Source: a virus
DNA: 64,000 nt
Virus record (IMG/VR): IMGVR_UViG_3300027782_004428
Coordinates: 26,000-89,999 of that record
Strand: one strand, 5' to 3'
Shown here: positions 1 to 8,217 of the stretch, piece by piece
Numbering within the stretch: position 1 is the first letter of the stretch
How the letters are laid out: each line of letters begins with the position of its first letter
Made by a program: the position numbers and the translations under genes
Notes under the pieces: model-generated
Database searches by the model: none
What the model was told of the DNA's origin: nothing
The model's input: the letters and a program-made list of their open reading frames with translations, nothing else

Positions 1-225
1 AACCAAACCACATATGAATTTGTAGTCGAAACCTTGATTGAATACTTTGATTACACCGCGGAAACCGCAGAACAAATCACAATAGACATTCACGATGCAG
101 GTTCGGCTGTGGTGGCAGTGTTGCCATACGAAATTGCCGAACAAAAAGGTGTAGAAGTAACCATGCTGGCACGAGCACAAAGTTATCCACTGCAAATCAA
201 ACTTGAACCAGAGATTGTGGGCTAA
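1..225 (+). CDS. clpS: ATP-dependent Clp protease adaptor ClpS (5' end truncated by window edge)
   Basis: Frame open from base 1: NQTTYEFVVETLIEYF...IHDAGSAVVAVLPYEIAEQK...YPLQIKLE, matching the ClpS pattern (TxxEFVV, HxxGxAV, EIAExK, YPL). Confidence 0.85.
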   Translation, partial: NQTTYEFVVETLIEYFDYTAETAEQITIDIHDAGSAVVAVLPYEIAEQKGVEVTMLARAQSYPLQIKLEPEIVG

Positions 226-1010
226 AAGTCAACCACAATACGTTGTGGGTGGTACACATGTTTTGAATACATGGTGCCACTTCTACCGCGACAGTTGTTG
301 ACAAACCGTATGCCTGACCGAGTTTGATCTATTGAGCCGTGATAGTGACCAAAACACCAGGTATGAATCTTGTTTTCAGTGTCAGCGGCCATGGCCTGCA
401 TCATGAGTCTGTTGCCCATGGTATTAAATTTCATGTGACCTTCTAGATCAATATCATGTGCAATCAAGGCAGGATCAGGCACAGTATGAGTAACCATCAC
501 AATCTTTTGCACATCTGTATGCAGTTGCAGTTTCTGTACACTAGCAATCATGTAGCTGGCATCCGTGTTGCTCATCCTTGCTATGCTTTTGGTAGCACCG
601 GCACTCATATGATATTTTTCCTGACACCATTGATCCACTTGTTCAGGATCAATGCCAAGGTCAAAATCAAAGCCAAACCAACCGTTGGTGCCTAAAATAG
701 CAACGCCGTCGACAATTACCACGTTATCTTGTAAATACACTACATTGGGTATGCGCCTAATGCGCCGCACAAGATCACTGTAGCTGGAACCAAGATCTTC
801 AAGGTAACTATAATGCTCATCATTTCCGTCAATATAAAACACAGCCTGATAACATCTACCAAGATGTCTAAGAGTACGTGTGACTGTGTCGCGGTCTCGG
901 GCAATATCTCCGGCCAAAACACACACAGGACTGGTAGCCCGATGATCCCAATCAAATTGGCCCCAGGTTTCTACGTGTAGGTCGGAAATTAAATCAAATG
1001 CAAAACTCAT
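222..1010 (-). CDS. Calcineurin-like metallophosphoesterase
   Basis: SDLH, AGD, GNDEHY, THTVP, FGHYH, NNCRG motifs. Confidence 0.85.
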   Translation of the reverse strand: MSFAFDLISDLHVETWGQFDWDHRATSPVCVLAGDIARDRDTVTRTLRHLGRCYQAVFYIDGNDEHYSYLEDLGSSYSDLVRRIRRIPNVVYLQDNVVIVDGVAILGTNGWFGFDFDLGIDPEQVDQWCQEKYHMSAGATKSIARMSNTDASYMIASVQKLQLHTDVQKIVMVTHTVPDPALIAHDIDLEGHMKFNTMGNRLMMQAMAADTENKIHTWCFGHYHGSIDQTRSGIRFVNNCRGRSGTMYSKHVYHPQRIVVDF

Positions 1011-1034
1011 GATACATATTTAAAAGGAAACAAC

Positions 1035-1385
1035 ATGAACATAATATTTGGCGATGCCATTAAAGAAATCCCGGACAGTTTTACAATATTAGAACTAGAC
1101 ACGTTTCGTACTCCCAATCAAGAGATTCGAACCGCGTACTGTGTGGTAGAAACCATACCACTGTCTGAATTTGCCACACTAGATGACTATAAAAAAATAC
1201 ATGCAGATCTTGTGAAATTCTATCGGGAACGGCAATGGAACTATTGTGAGAATGCAATAGAAGGACTCATGGGCCGTTGGAACGGTGAGATTGACACATT
1301 CTACACCAATCTATTGAGTCGTGTGATGCATTTCAAAGAAAACCCGCCATCTGATGACTGGGATGGATTTACTGGAGTCATGTGA
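1035..1385 (+). CDS. Hypothetical protein resembling the C-terminal helical extension of class III adenylate cyclases
   Basis: AAGGA RBS; ends PPSDDWDG; no cyclase catalytic domain visible. Confidence 0.45.
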   Translation: MNIIFGDAIKEIPDSFTILELDTFRTPNQEIRTAYCVVETIPLSEFATLDDYKKIHADLVKFYRERQWNYCENAIEGLMGRWNGEIDTFYTNLLSRVMHFKENPPSDDWDGFTGVM

Positions 1386-2613
1386 CAGAATTGGGCAAAG
1401 CAAGTAGACTTTGCATGCGTTGATTGTAGTCGGTTATAGCACTATCAAAATTCTGTTTGAATTCACCAATCAATTGGTCGTGCCATTCTGCTGAGAAAAA
1501 TCTTTGTTGATTATACTCAGCAATTGATCTTAGTGCAGCATAAACTTGTTGTTTAGCATCATGCGGCAATGTTGTAATGCGTTTCATCTCGATCAAAATG
1601 GCTTGCAGCCTTTGTGCAGGGTCGGCAATGGTGTCGTAGGTTTCATCGATTATGTTATGAAATGTTTTGAACCCGTAACCGCGAAGATATTCCAGACTGC
1701 CCTGTGTGGCTGCCAGCATAAACGGATGTCCACAAGCAATTGGTCTAAGTATTTTTTCTGTGAGCTGTAATCTATCATCATCGAACAAGGTTTCTAGCAC
1801 AACTTCTATATTGGTAGTTTGATAATCATGCGCACAGTAATCAGCACTTGAGTTACTATCACTTGTGTTGTGGAAAAAATACTGCTCAAGATCTTCTCGT
1901 TGGATTTGGAATTTTTTATTTTGAAATTGATGTTGACGATAATCAACGGAATCTTCACTGTTGAATCCCATGTTGCAATATGGATGCAGTTCATGCTGAA
2001 CCACTAGTTCAGCAAATTTTAATCTATATTCTCTAGTGCCTGACCAAGCACGGTTGTATATCAAAAAGTCTTTGTGTGGATTTCGTTTTGATAATAACAA
2101 ATCATGTTGTGCATATCTAAACCAATCTCTAGCAATCACGCCGTGACACCACCAGTATACTGACACAAAATCTATGTCTTGATACTTTTTCAAATTATTT
2201 GATCGTTGTTCAGAATGTATTAACAAAACTGGAACTTTATAAAGTGAAAAAGCGTGAATCATCTTGAGATTTAGGTATTGTGTAATTTTTCCTGATAAGT
2301 CTTTAACCATGTTTGTAACAAAATCATCTTGATCTGGCATGAGTTGGAAATCGGGATACAACGATTCAAATACGTCTTGCGACGAATAGAGATCGAAATT
2401 CAATGGCTCTTGATCATGAATGAATATGTTTTTTCTATTTGTTACATTTTGATGTTGTTCTAGGTATGTCTTACTAAGATCATTTGATTTTCCTAGCTTG
2501 GTGATATCGGTGATTTTTCTTGAGCCATGTGGAAAAAAGCCATAAATTACTAGATCGTGATGGTTGCAAACATCATGTAAAAAGTTGTATAATCTATGTA
2601 AAGGAACACTCAT
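1378..2613 (-). CDS. Putative glycosyltransferase-like protein
   Basis: 411 aa; FLIYNR, VVLETLF...LTEKILRPIACGHPF...LRGYGFKTF...DETYD pattern resembling GT10/exostosin-like C-termini. Confidence 0.5.
   Translation of the reverse strand: MSVPLHRLYNFLHDVCNHHDLVIYGFFPHGSRKITDITKLGKSNDLSKTYLEQHQNVTNRKNIFIHDQEPLNFDLYSSQDVFESLYPDFQLMPDQDDFVTNMVKDLSGKITQYLNLKMIHAFSLYKVPVLLIHSEQRSNNLKKYQDIDFVSVYWWCHGVIARDWFRYAQHDLLLSKRNPHKDFLIYNRAWSGTREYRLKFAELVVQHELHPYCNMGFNSEDSVDYRQHQFQNKKFQIQREDLEQYFFHNTSDSNSSADYCAHDYQTTNIEVVLETLFDDDRLQLTEKILRPIACGHPFMLAATQGSLEYLRGYGFKTFHNIIDETYDTIADPAQRLQAILIEMKRITTLPHDAKQQVYAALRSIAEYNQQRFFSAEWHDQLIGEFKQNFDSAITDYNQRMQSLLALPNSVT
2564..2593 (+). promoter_or_regulatory. sigma70-type promoter for ugd, inside the divergent upstream CDS
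   Basis: TTGCAA(2564)-N18-TATAAT(2588), AAGGAA RBS, ATG 2614. Confidence 0.55.
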
Positions 2614-3852
2614 ATGAAAAAAATTGGATTTATTGGTATCGGCAAACTAGGACTTGACTGCGCGGAAGTTATGGCAGAGAAGCACGAAGTCAGAGGCTAC
2701 GATATTTACCCGCGCACTAGCGACTCAGTAAAAGTTTGCGATATTGATGAATTGGTCAATGAAAGCGAATGGATTTTTATTGCTGTGCCTACCCCACATG
2801 CTGAAGGTTATGATGGGTCTGTGCCCAGCTCACATATGGAGCCCAGAGACTTTGGTCATGATGCTGTGATCAGTGCTATCAACAGTGTCAACAAGTACGC
2901 AAAATCACCAAAGAAGGTTGTGTTAATCTCTACAGTATTACCTGGCACAACACGTCGCAAGTTTTATCCACTGTTAGACAAACAACATCAGTTCTTGTAC
3001 AATCCTTATTTGATTGCCATGGGATCAGTCAAGTGGGACATGGTCAATCCTGAGATGGTCATGATTGGTACCGAAGATGGCAACCCCAATGCACTAGCCG
3101 GCGAGTTAATTGACCTGTACAAGACCATGATGGTAAATGATCCTCGCTATGAAATTGGCACCTGGGACGAATGCGAAGCTATCAAGATCTTCTACAACAC
3201 ATTCATTTCTGCCAAAGTTGGCCTGGTCAACATGATTCAAGACTTTGCACTACGTATTGGTCATATCAACGTTGACGTTGTGACAGATGCTTTGGCACGC
3301 TCAACCATGCGTATCATGGGACCTAAGTACATGACAGCAGGCATGGGCGATGCAGGCGCTTGCCACCCACGTGACAACATTGCACTGCGTTGGTTGGCCA
3401 AAGAATATGACATTGGTTATGACTTGTTTGACACAGTGATGCATGCTCGTGAAATCCAAGCCAAGAACCTTGCCATGTTCCTGGTTGAACAGGCCAAACA
3501 ACACAGCATGAGCATTGTGATTCACGGCAAGGCCTACAAACCTGATGTTGAATATTGTATTGGATCATACTCTACGCTGGTAGGACACTATGTTAAACAA
3601 GCAGGACATGATGTGAGATATCTTGACCCATTGGCAGATGATCCTGCTGACGTTATTTCAGAATTGGCTGGTCCTGTGGTCATCCTGTGGGCACACAATC
3701 GCAAGATCACTTATGAGTACACCGGTGATCAACTTGACACATTGCCGTATTGCCCAATTCCACATGGTAGTGTGGTGGTTGATCCATGGCGTAAACTGCC
3801 ACAGATTGAGAACTTGACCGTGGTACATTATGGTAACACACGCAATTCTTAA
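2614..3852 (+). CDS. ugd: UDP-glucose/GDP-mannose dehydrogenase family protein
   Basis: GIGKLG Rossmann motif, IAVPTP, STVLPGTT, YNP, EAIKIFYNTF, GACHPRD (catalytic Cys), GKAYKPD. Confidence 0.9.
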   Translation: MKKIGFIGIGKLGLDCAEVMAEKHEVRGYDIYPRTSDSVKVCDIDELVNESEWIFIAVPTPHAEGYDGSVPSSHMEPRDFGHDAVISAINSVNKYAKSPKKVVLISTVLPGTTRRKFYPLLDKQHQFLYNPYLIAMGSVKWDMVNPEMVMIGTEDGNPNALAGELIDLYKTMMVNDPRYEIGTWDECEAIKIFYNTFISAKVGLVNMIQDFALRIGHINVDVVTDALARSTMRIMGPKYMTAGMGDAGACHPRDNIALRWLAKEYDIGYDLFDTVMHAREIQAKNLAMFLVEQAKQHSMSIVIHGKAYKPDVEYCIGSYSTLVGHYVKQAGHDVRYLDPLADDPADVISELAGPVVILWAHNRKITYEYTGDQLDTLPYCPIPHGSVVVDPWRKLPQIENLTVVHYGNTRNS

Positions 3853-4348
3853 ATATCATATTCCCAAGTTTTGGGATGATGAGTTTAAAGAACTGCTCTA
3901 CATCAACGAACAATTCAATGATGCGGAAAGCCTCGAACGTTGGACCGCTCAGGGCTATGCCAACCGATTCACTGGAGACATGTGTGACATGCGCAGTACT
4001 CAACCTAGTTGGAATGATCGTTTTGTCAACATCTATCGTGAACTAGGTTGGAAAGATATTGGCACCAGTTACTATAGAATGGGCACAGGTACGATTCTTC
4101 CAACTCACGGTGACTTGTATTTGCGTTATGTTGACTTGTTTAATCTTCAGGGCAAAGAGCAACGCATACGCAGAGCCATTGTGTTCTTGGAAGACTGGAA
4201 ACCTGGGCATTATGCAGAATACAATAGCACGGCCAAGGTTGATTGGCGAGCAGGAGATGTAGTCGAGTGGTGTTACGATGCGCCACACATGGCTGCCAAC
4301 CTTGGGCTAGAACCGAGGTACACATTACAAATCACAGGATGGGTATGA
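3830..4348 (+). CDS. 2OG-Fe(II) dioxygenase-like protein
   Basis: HxD (PTHGD), distal His (PHMAAN), RYTLQITG. Confidence 0.7.
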   Translation: MVTHAILKYHIPKFWDDEFKELLYINEQFNDAESLERWTAQGYANRFTGDMCDMRSTQPSWNDRFVNIYRELGWKDIGTSYYRMGTGTILPTHGDLYLRYVDLFNLQGKEQRIRRAIVFLEDWKPGHYAEYNSTAKVDWRAGDVVEWCYDAPHMAANLGLEPRYTLQITGWV

Positions 4349-5262
4349 TTAACAGTCACGACGAGTGGAGTCCACTAAAACGCATAGTAGTAGGTTCGGC
4401 CACCGACGCTAACTGGCCTGTAAATGATCCTGTGTTTGCCAAAGAATCAGAAAAGACAACCTGGAAAGAAACACCTGTTCCGCGTGGACCTGTGCCCCAG
4501 TGGATAATTGACGAAGCCAACGAAGACCTGGATATTCTAGCAACGACCCTGATCGGTCTAGGCGTAGAAGTAGTGCGTCCGGATCCACTCAACTTTCAGA
4601 CCCACGATGGCATGTACAATTATTGCCCACGCGACAGGCTTCTTGTACACGGCTCAACTATTATTGATCCTGCCATGATGTATCCTTGCAGGGACATGGA
4701 ATTACAATGCTATCATGACATTGCGGATGAAGCAGAAAATTATTTGTTCATGCCTCGAAACGAAGGTATGGTGTTGGATGCTGCCAACATACTGCGTCTT
4801 GGTCCCGACAAACTGTTGTATCTAGAAAGTGCCAGCGGTAACAAAGCCGCTTATTATTGGTTGCTGGCCAATTTACCAACCAACACCAGCATTGAACTAT
4901 GTAATTTTTATGCCGGTGTGCATATTGATTCAACTATTGTGCCTTTGCGTGAAGGTTTGGTCATGCTCAATGCTAGTCGTGTAACATTTGATAATGTACC
5001 TAGAGTGTTTGATGGGTGGCACAAAATTTGGGTAAACGATGTGGTAGCACAAGGATTCCACGAATATCCTTATGCATCAAAATGGATTGCCATGAACATG
5101 TTGGTGGTAGATCCAAACACAGTCATATGCGACCGAAACCAAACCGAATTGATTAAAACGCTCAAAAGTTATCGATTCGAAGTGATACCTTTAGAACTAC
5201 GCCATAGTCGTACACTGGGTGGTGGCTTTCATTGTGTAACACTGGATTTAGAACGCGGTTGA
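4345..5262 (+). CDS. Amidinotransferase (glycine / inosamine-phosphate amidinotransferase family)
   Basis: NSHDEWSPL, YCPRD, HIDST, GGGFHCVTLD catalytic motifs; start taken at ATG 4345 overlapping upstream stop. Confidence 0.9.
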   Translation: MINSHDEWSPLKRIVVGSATDANWPVNDPVFAKESEKTTWKETPVPRGPVPQWIIDEANEDLDILATTLIGLGVEVVRPDPLNFQTHDGMYNYCPRDRLLVHGSTIIDPAMMYPCRDMELQCYHDIADEAENYLFMPRNEGMVLDAANILRLGPDKLLYLESASGNKAAYYWLLANLPTNTSIELCNFYAGVHIDSTIVPLREGLVMLNASRVTFDNVPRVFDGWHKIWVNDVVAQGFHEYPYASKWIAMNMLVVDPNTVICDRNQTELIKTLKSYRFEVIPLELRHSRTLGGGFHCVTLDLERG

Positions 5263-5287
5263 CCATTAATTTCAAATGCTGTATAAT
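5259..5287 (+). promoter_or_regulatory. Early sigma70 promoter (leaderless uvsE)
   Basis: TTGACC-N17-TATAAT; -35 overlaps the TGA of the upstream gene; ATG 6 nt downstream. Confidence 0.75.
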
Positions 5288-5293
5288 TATAGC

Positions 5294-6325
5294 ATGACTA
5301 CACCTAAAATTGGCTTTTGTTGCAAGTGGCTCAATGATCCCACAGAATGTGGGGGCATGAAAGTCAATGCAAAGGACCGTGACTTAAACGGCAGATCAAC
5401 TACCATGCGGTGGCTTCGCGAACACAAAGACGAAGCAGAACAACGCCAATGGGACATCATGAATCACAATGCATCGGCGGCTGTGAAGATGATTGAGCGT
5501 GTGGCCACATTGCCAGAAGGCAGACGCATGGTGCGACTGGGCAGTGAAATGCTACAAGGCTACACTGAACCATCGTGGATTGACTGGTGGCAACGTACTG
5601 AAATTCAAGATCACTGTACAAAGATATTTGCTCCTGTGGGCGAGACAGCAAAACGTCTTGGTGTTAGACTAAGTTTCCATCCTGGGCAGTTTTGTGTGCT
5701 GGCTAGTGAGAGTGATGAAATTGTAGAACGCAGTATCTTAGAGTTTGAGTATCATGCAGACATGGCTCGTTGGATGGGCTATGGTCGTGAATGGCATGAT
5801 CATGGATTTAAAATTAATGTGCATTTATCGGGTAAAGGTGGTCCCGCTAAATTCCTGAAGACCTTGGGTCGTCTCACTCCAGAGGCCAGGAACTTGATAA
5901 CCATCGAGAATGACGAGATGACAAATGGATTGGACACTACTTTGGCTGTGGCTCAGCATGTGGCTCTTGTGTTGGATGTACACCACCACTGGATCAACAG
6001 CGGCGAATACATCGAACCGCAGGACGTTCGTACAAGTAGGGTTATTGACAGCTGGCGCGGTGTTCGTCCTGCAATGCATTTTAGTACTAGTCGCGAGGAC
6101 GTTTTGGTCGACCATGATCGAAGCGTTCGACCAGACCTTGCTGAACTTCTTGCTAGAGGTCATAAGAAGCAGAAGCTCCGAGCACACAGTGACTTCTGTT
6201 GGAATTCAGCTGTGAACGACTGGGTCTTAGGCTTTCGTGATCAGTTTGATATACAAGTAGAAGCCAAGGGCAAAAACTTGGCAAGTGAACAACTGTATGA
6301 ACAATATATTTCTCAACATCTTTGA
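5294..6325 (+). CDS. uvsE: UV damage endonuclease
   Basis: IGFCCK, RLSFHPGQF, INVH, TIENDE, VLDVHHH, RAHSD, VEAKGKNLA. Confidence 0.92.
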   Translation: MTTPKIGFCCKWLNDPTECGGMKVNAKDRDLNGRSTTMRWLREHKDEAEQRQWDIMNHNASAAVKMIERVATLPEGRRMVRLGSEMLQGYTEPSWIDWWQRTEIQDHCTKIFAPVGETAKRLGVRLSFHPGQFCVLASESDEIVERSILEFEYHADMARWMGYGREWHDHGFKINVHLSGKGGPAKFLKTLGRLTPEARNLITIENDEMTNGLDTTLAVAQHVALVLDVHHHWINSGEYIEPQDVRTSRVIDSWRGVRPAMHFSTSREDVLVDHDRSVRPDLAELLARGHKKQKLRAHSDFCWNSAVNDWVLGFRDQFDIQVEAKGKNLASEQLYEQYISQHL

Positions 6326-6584
6326 TTGGATTCGAAGTGACTACAAAACTAACCCACTTAGGTTTTTCGTGGAAGTACTGGCTTGGGCTGTGTCTATTGG
6401 GTGCAGTATTACGATGGCTGCCACTGTACCTAATCCCCCTCTCGTGGTACTTTACCCTATATGGATTAGTGGTTGTGCTATGTATGCTTGGGCTAGTTGG
6501 ACTCGTCAATCGTTTGGTATGTTGGCCAACTACATCCTCTTAGTCAGTATTGACACAGTGGGCCTAATTAGAATGCTATCTTAG
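6285..6584 (+). CDS. Small membrane protein (about 3 TM segments)
   Basis: Hydrophobic segments; start may be ATG 6297. Confidence 0.65.
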   Translation: MNNCMNNIFLNIFDWIRSDYKTNPLRFFVEVLAWAVSIGCSITMAATVPNPPLVVLYPIWISGCAMYAWASWTRQSFGMLANYILLVSIDTVGLIRMLS

Positions 6585-6616
6585 TAATATCATTGTAATA
6601 TATACGCCTATAAATA
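6582..6616 (+). promoter_or_regulatory. Pho-box-like repeat + TATAAATA late-type promoter
   Basis: TAGTAAT-ATCA-TTGTAAT (11-nt period) at 6582-6599; TATAAATA at 6609-6616. Confidence 0.5.
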
Positions 6617-6620
6617 AATG

Positions 6621-6692
6621 CAACCGACCACAATGATAGAGTGGCACTGGAACTCGTAACCAGTAGATACCCCAAAATTTGGGGTATTTTTT
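6621..6692 (+). ncRNA. Candidate small two-hairpin RNA (alternatively micro-ORF MIEWHWNS)
   Basis: Lies between a promoter and a terminator; stems CCAC/GTGG (6628-6644) and ACTGG/CCAGT (6646-6664). Confidence 0.4.
6667..6692 (+). terminator. Rho-independent terminator
   Basis: ATACCCCAAA-A-TTTGGGGTAT followed by a T run. Confidence 0.8.
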
Positions 6693-6730
6693 GTGTCATA
6701 AAACTGTCAAAAAATCACGGTCACTAAATA
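6693..6730 (+). promoter_or_regulatory. Pho box + TAAATA promoter
   Basis: GTGTCAT-AAAA-CTGTCAA (16/18 match to the E. coli Pho box consensus); TAAATA 6725-6730; ATG 4 nt later. Confidence 0.7.
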
Positions 6731-6734
6731 CTGA

Positions 6735-7397
6735 ATGAAACCCACCATAGCCCTTTTCCTGCACGACCCTAAGTGCAGTGTACAAAGCGGCAATGGGCTC
6801 ATGCGAGCCCTAGGCGATCATTACAAGTTCAAAATATTTGGTAAAAACAAATTAGAAGACGTGTTCTTTGACGACGTAGACATGATTGCTGTGCCTGGCG
6901 GCTTTGGTGATGCTGATTCATTTGAATCACTTTTTAAACACAATGCCGACCGTGTGCGACAATTTCTTGCTCGTGGCGGCCGATATCTGGGCATCTGCAT
7001 GGGCGCATACTGGGCCGGCAGCGAGTATCTTGATATCTTAGATGGTGTGGATGCAGTACAGTATATCCGACGTCCCGGCACAGATACACATAGACCACAT
7101 GCCAAGAACTTGCCTGTACTGTGGCGAGATCGGTATGGAAACATTGAACCTTGGAGCATGTTTTTTTATGACGGCTGTGCCTTGGTGGGCGACAAAACCA
7201 AGTTTAAGACTATGGCCACATACATCAACGGTGATGCTATGGCCATTATACAAAACAACATTGGATTAATTGGTTGTCATCCTGAAAGTGAACAATTCTG
7301 GTACGACAGTTACTCCTGGATGCGTGGTCGATATCATAGGGGTCAACATCACACACTGTTGTTGGATTTTGTGGACCAAATGTTTGTAACAAAATAG
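6735..7397 (+). CDS. BPL-N / class I glutamine amidotransferase-like protein
   Basis: VPGGFGD, GGRYLGICMGAY (nucleophile Cys), GCHPE (His-Glu). Confidence 0.8.
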   Translation: MKPTIALFLHDPKCSVQSGNGLMRALGDHYKFKIFGKNKLEDVFFDDVDMIAVPGGFGDADSFESLFKHNADRVRQFLARGGRYLGICMGAYWAGSEYLDILDGVDAVQYIRRPGTDTHRPHAKNLPVLWRDRYGNIEPWSMFFYDGCALVGDKTKFKTMATYINGDAMAIIQNNIGLIGCHPESEQFWYDSYSWMRGRYHRGQHHTLLLDFVDQMFVTK

Positions 7398-7418
7398 TAA
7401 CACAAATATGCCTAAATA
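7384..7418 (+). promoter_or_regulatory. Pho-box-like repeat + TAAATA promoter of plcP-agt
   Basis: TTGTAAC-AAAA-TAGTAAC at 7384-7401; TAAATA 7413-7418; ATG 7423. Confidence 0.6.
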
Positions 7419-7422
7419 CTAG

Positions 7423-8217
7423 ATGCCAAAAATATACCGCAGTATTTTTATCAGTGATGTGCATCTTGGCACAAGAGACTGCAAGGCAGAAGAACTAAAC
7501 AATTTTTTAAAGCACAACTCGTGCGATACCCTGTACCTAGTGGGTGACATCATTGACGCCTGGAAGATACAACAAAACCGGTGGCGATGGAAACAAAGCC
7601 ACACCAATGTGGTACGTCGTATACTGGGTCATGCCAAACGCGGCACTCGCGTGGTATTCATAGCAGGCAATCATGATGAATTCCTGCGTCCCATGATACC
7701 ATATGGTTTTAGTTTTGGACTAATAGAGATTCAAAATCAAACTGAACACATTGGTGCAGACGGCCGACATTATCTTGTGGTGCATGGAGACCTGTTTGAT
7801 GGTATCACAAGACTGGCACCGTGGATAGCATTTTTAGGAGACCGAGCATATGACTTTATTCTTGCGCTTAATAGCCGATTTAATTGGCTACTGCATCGTT
7901 TTGGTATTGGGTACTTTAGTCTTAGCCAGTACCTTAAAAAGCGAGTAAAGAAGGCTGTAGACTTTATTTTTCACTTTGAAAAAAATCTAGCCAATTACTG
8001 TCGAAAGCGCGGCTACGACGGTGTCATATGCGGACACATACATCACGCAGAAATAAAAGAGATCAACGGCGTGATTTACATGAATGACGGCGATTGGGTT
8101 GAGTCATGCACAGCACTGGTAGAACATCATGACGGTGCTTGGGAGATTGTAACATGGACACGAAAAAATGACCAAGAAGATACTGATAATAACAGACAAC
8201 TTACCGGATCAGATTAA
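7423..8217 (+). CDS. plcP: PlcP-type phospholipase C (LpxH2 / UDP-2,3-diacylglucosamine hydrolase-like metallophosphoesterase)
   Basis: YRSIFISDVHLG, LYLVGDIIDAW, GNHDE (His, not the GNRD Arg of true LpxH), HGDLFD, CGHIH, NDGDWVESCTALVE; adjacent GT4 gene as in bacterial plcP-agt loci. Confidence 0.82.
   Translation: MPKIYRSIFISDVHLGTRDCKAEELNNFLKHNSCDTLYLVGDIIDAWKIQQNRWRWKQSHTNVVRRILGHAKRGTRVVFIAGNHDEFLRPMIPYGFSFGLIEIQNQTEHIGADGRHYLVVHGDLFDGITRLAPWIAFLGDRAYDFILALNSRFNWLLHRFGIGYFSLSQYLKKRVKKAVDFIFHFEKNLANYCRKRGYDGVICGHIHHAEIKEINGVIYMNDGDWVESCTALVEHHDGAWEIVTWTRKNDQEDTDNNRQLTGSD

Noticed and set aside
5278-5294. LexA (SOS) box before uvsE, and a similar site at 55911-55928
   Set aside because: Neither fits CTGT-N8-ACAG; the resemblance comes from the TGTATAAT extended -10.
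6640-6665. tRNA fragment (minus strand GGTTACGAGTTCC resembles a T-arm) or HDV-like ribozyme
   Set aside because: No cloverleaf or nested double pseudoknot could be built; kept only as a candidate sRNA.
7423-8217. Annotation as the lipid A enzyme LpxH
   Set aside because: It has GNHD rather than LpxH's GNRD, has the NDGDWVES motif, and is paired with a GT4 gene and a Pho box, all of which fit PlcP better.
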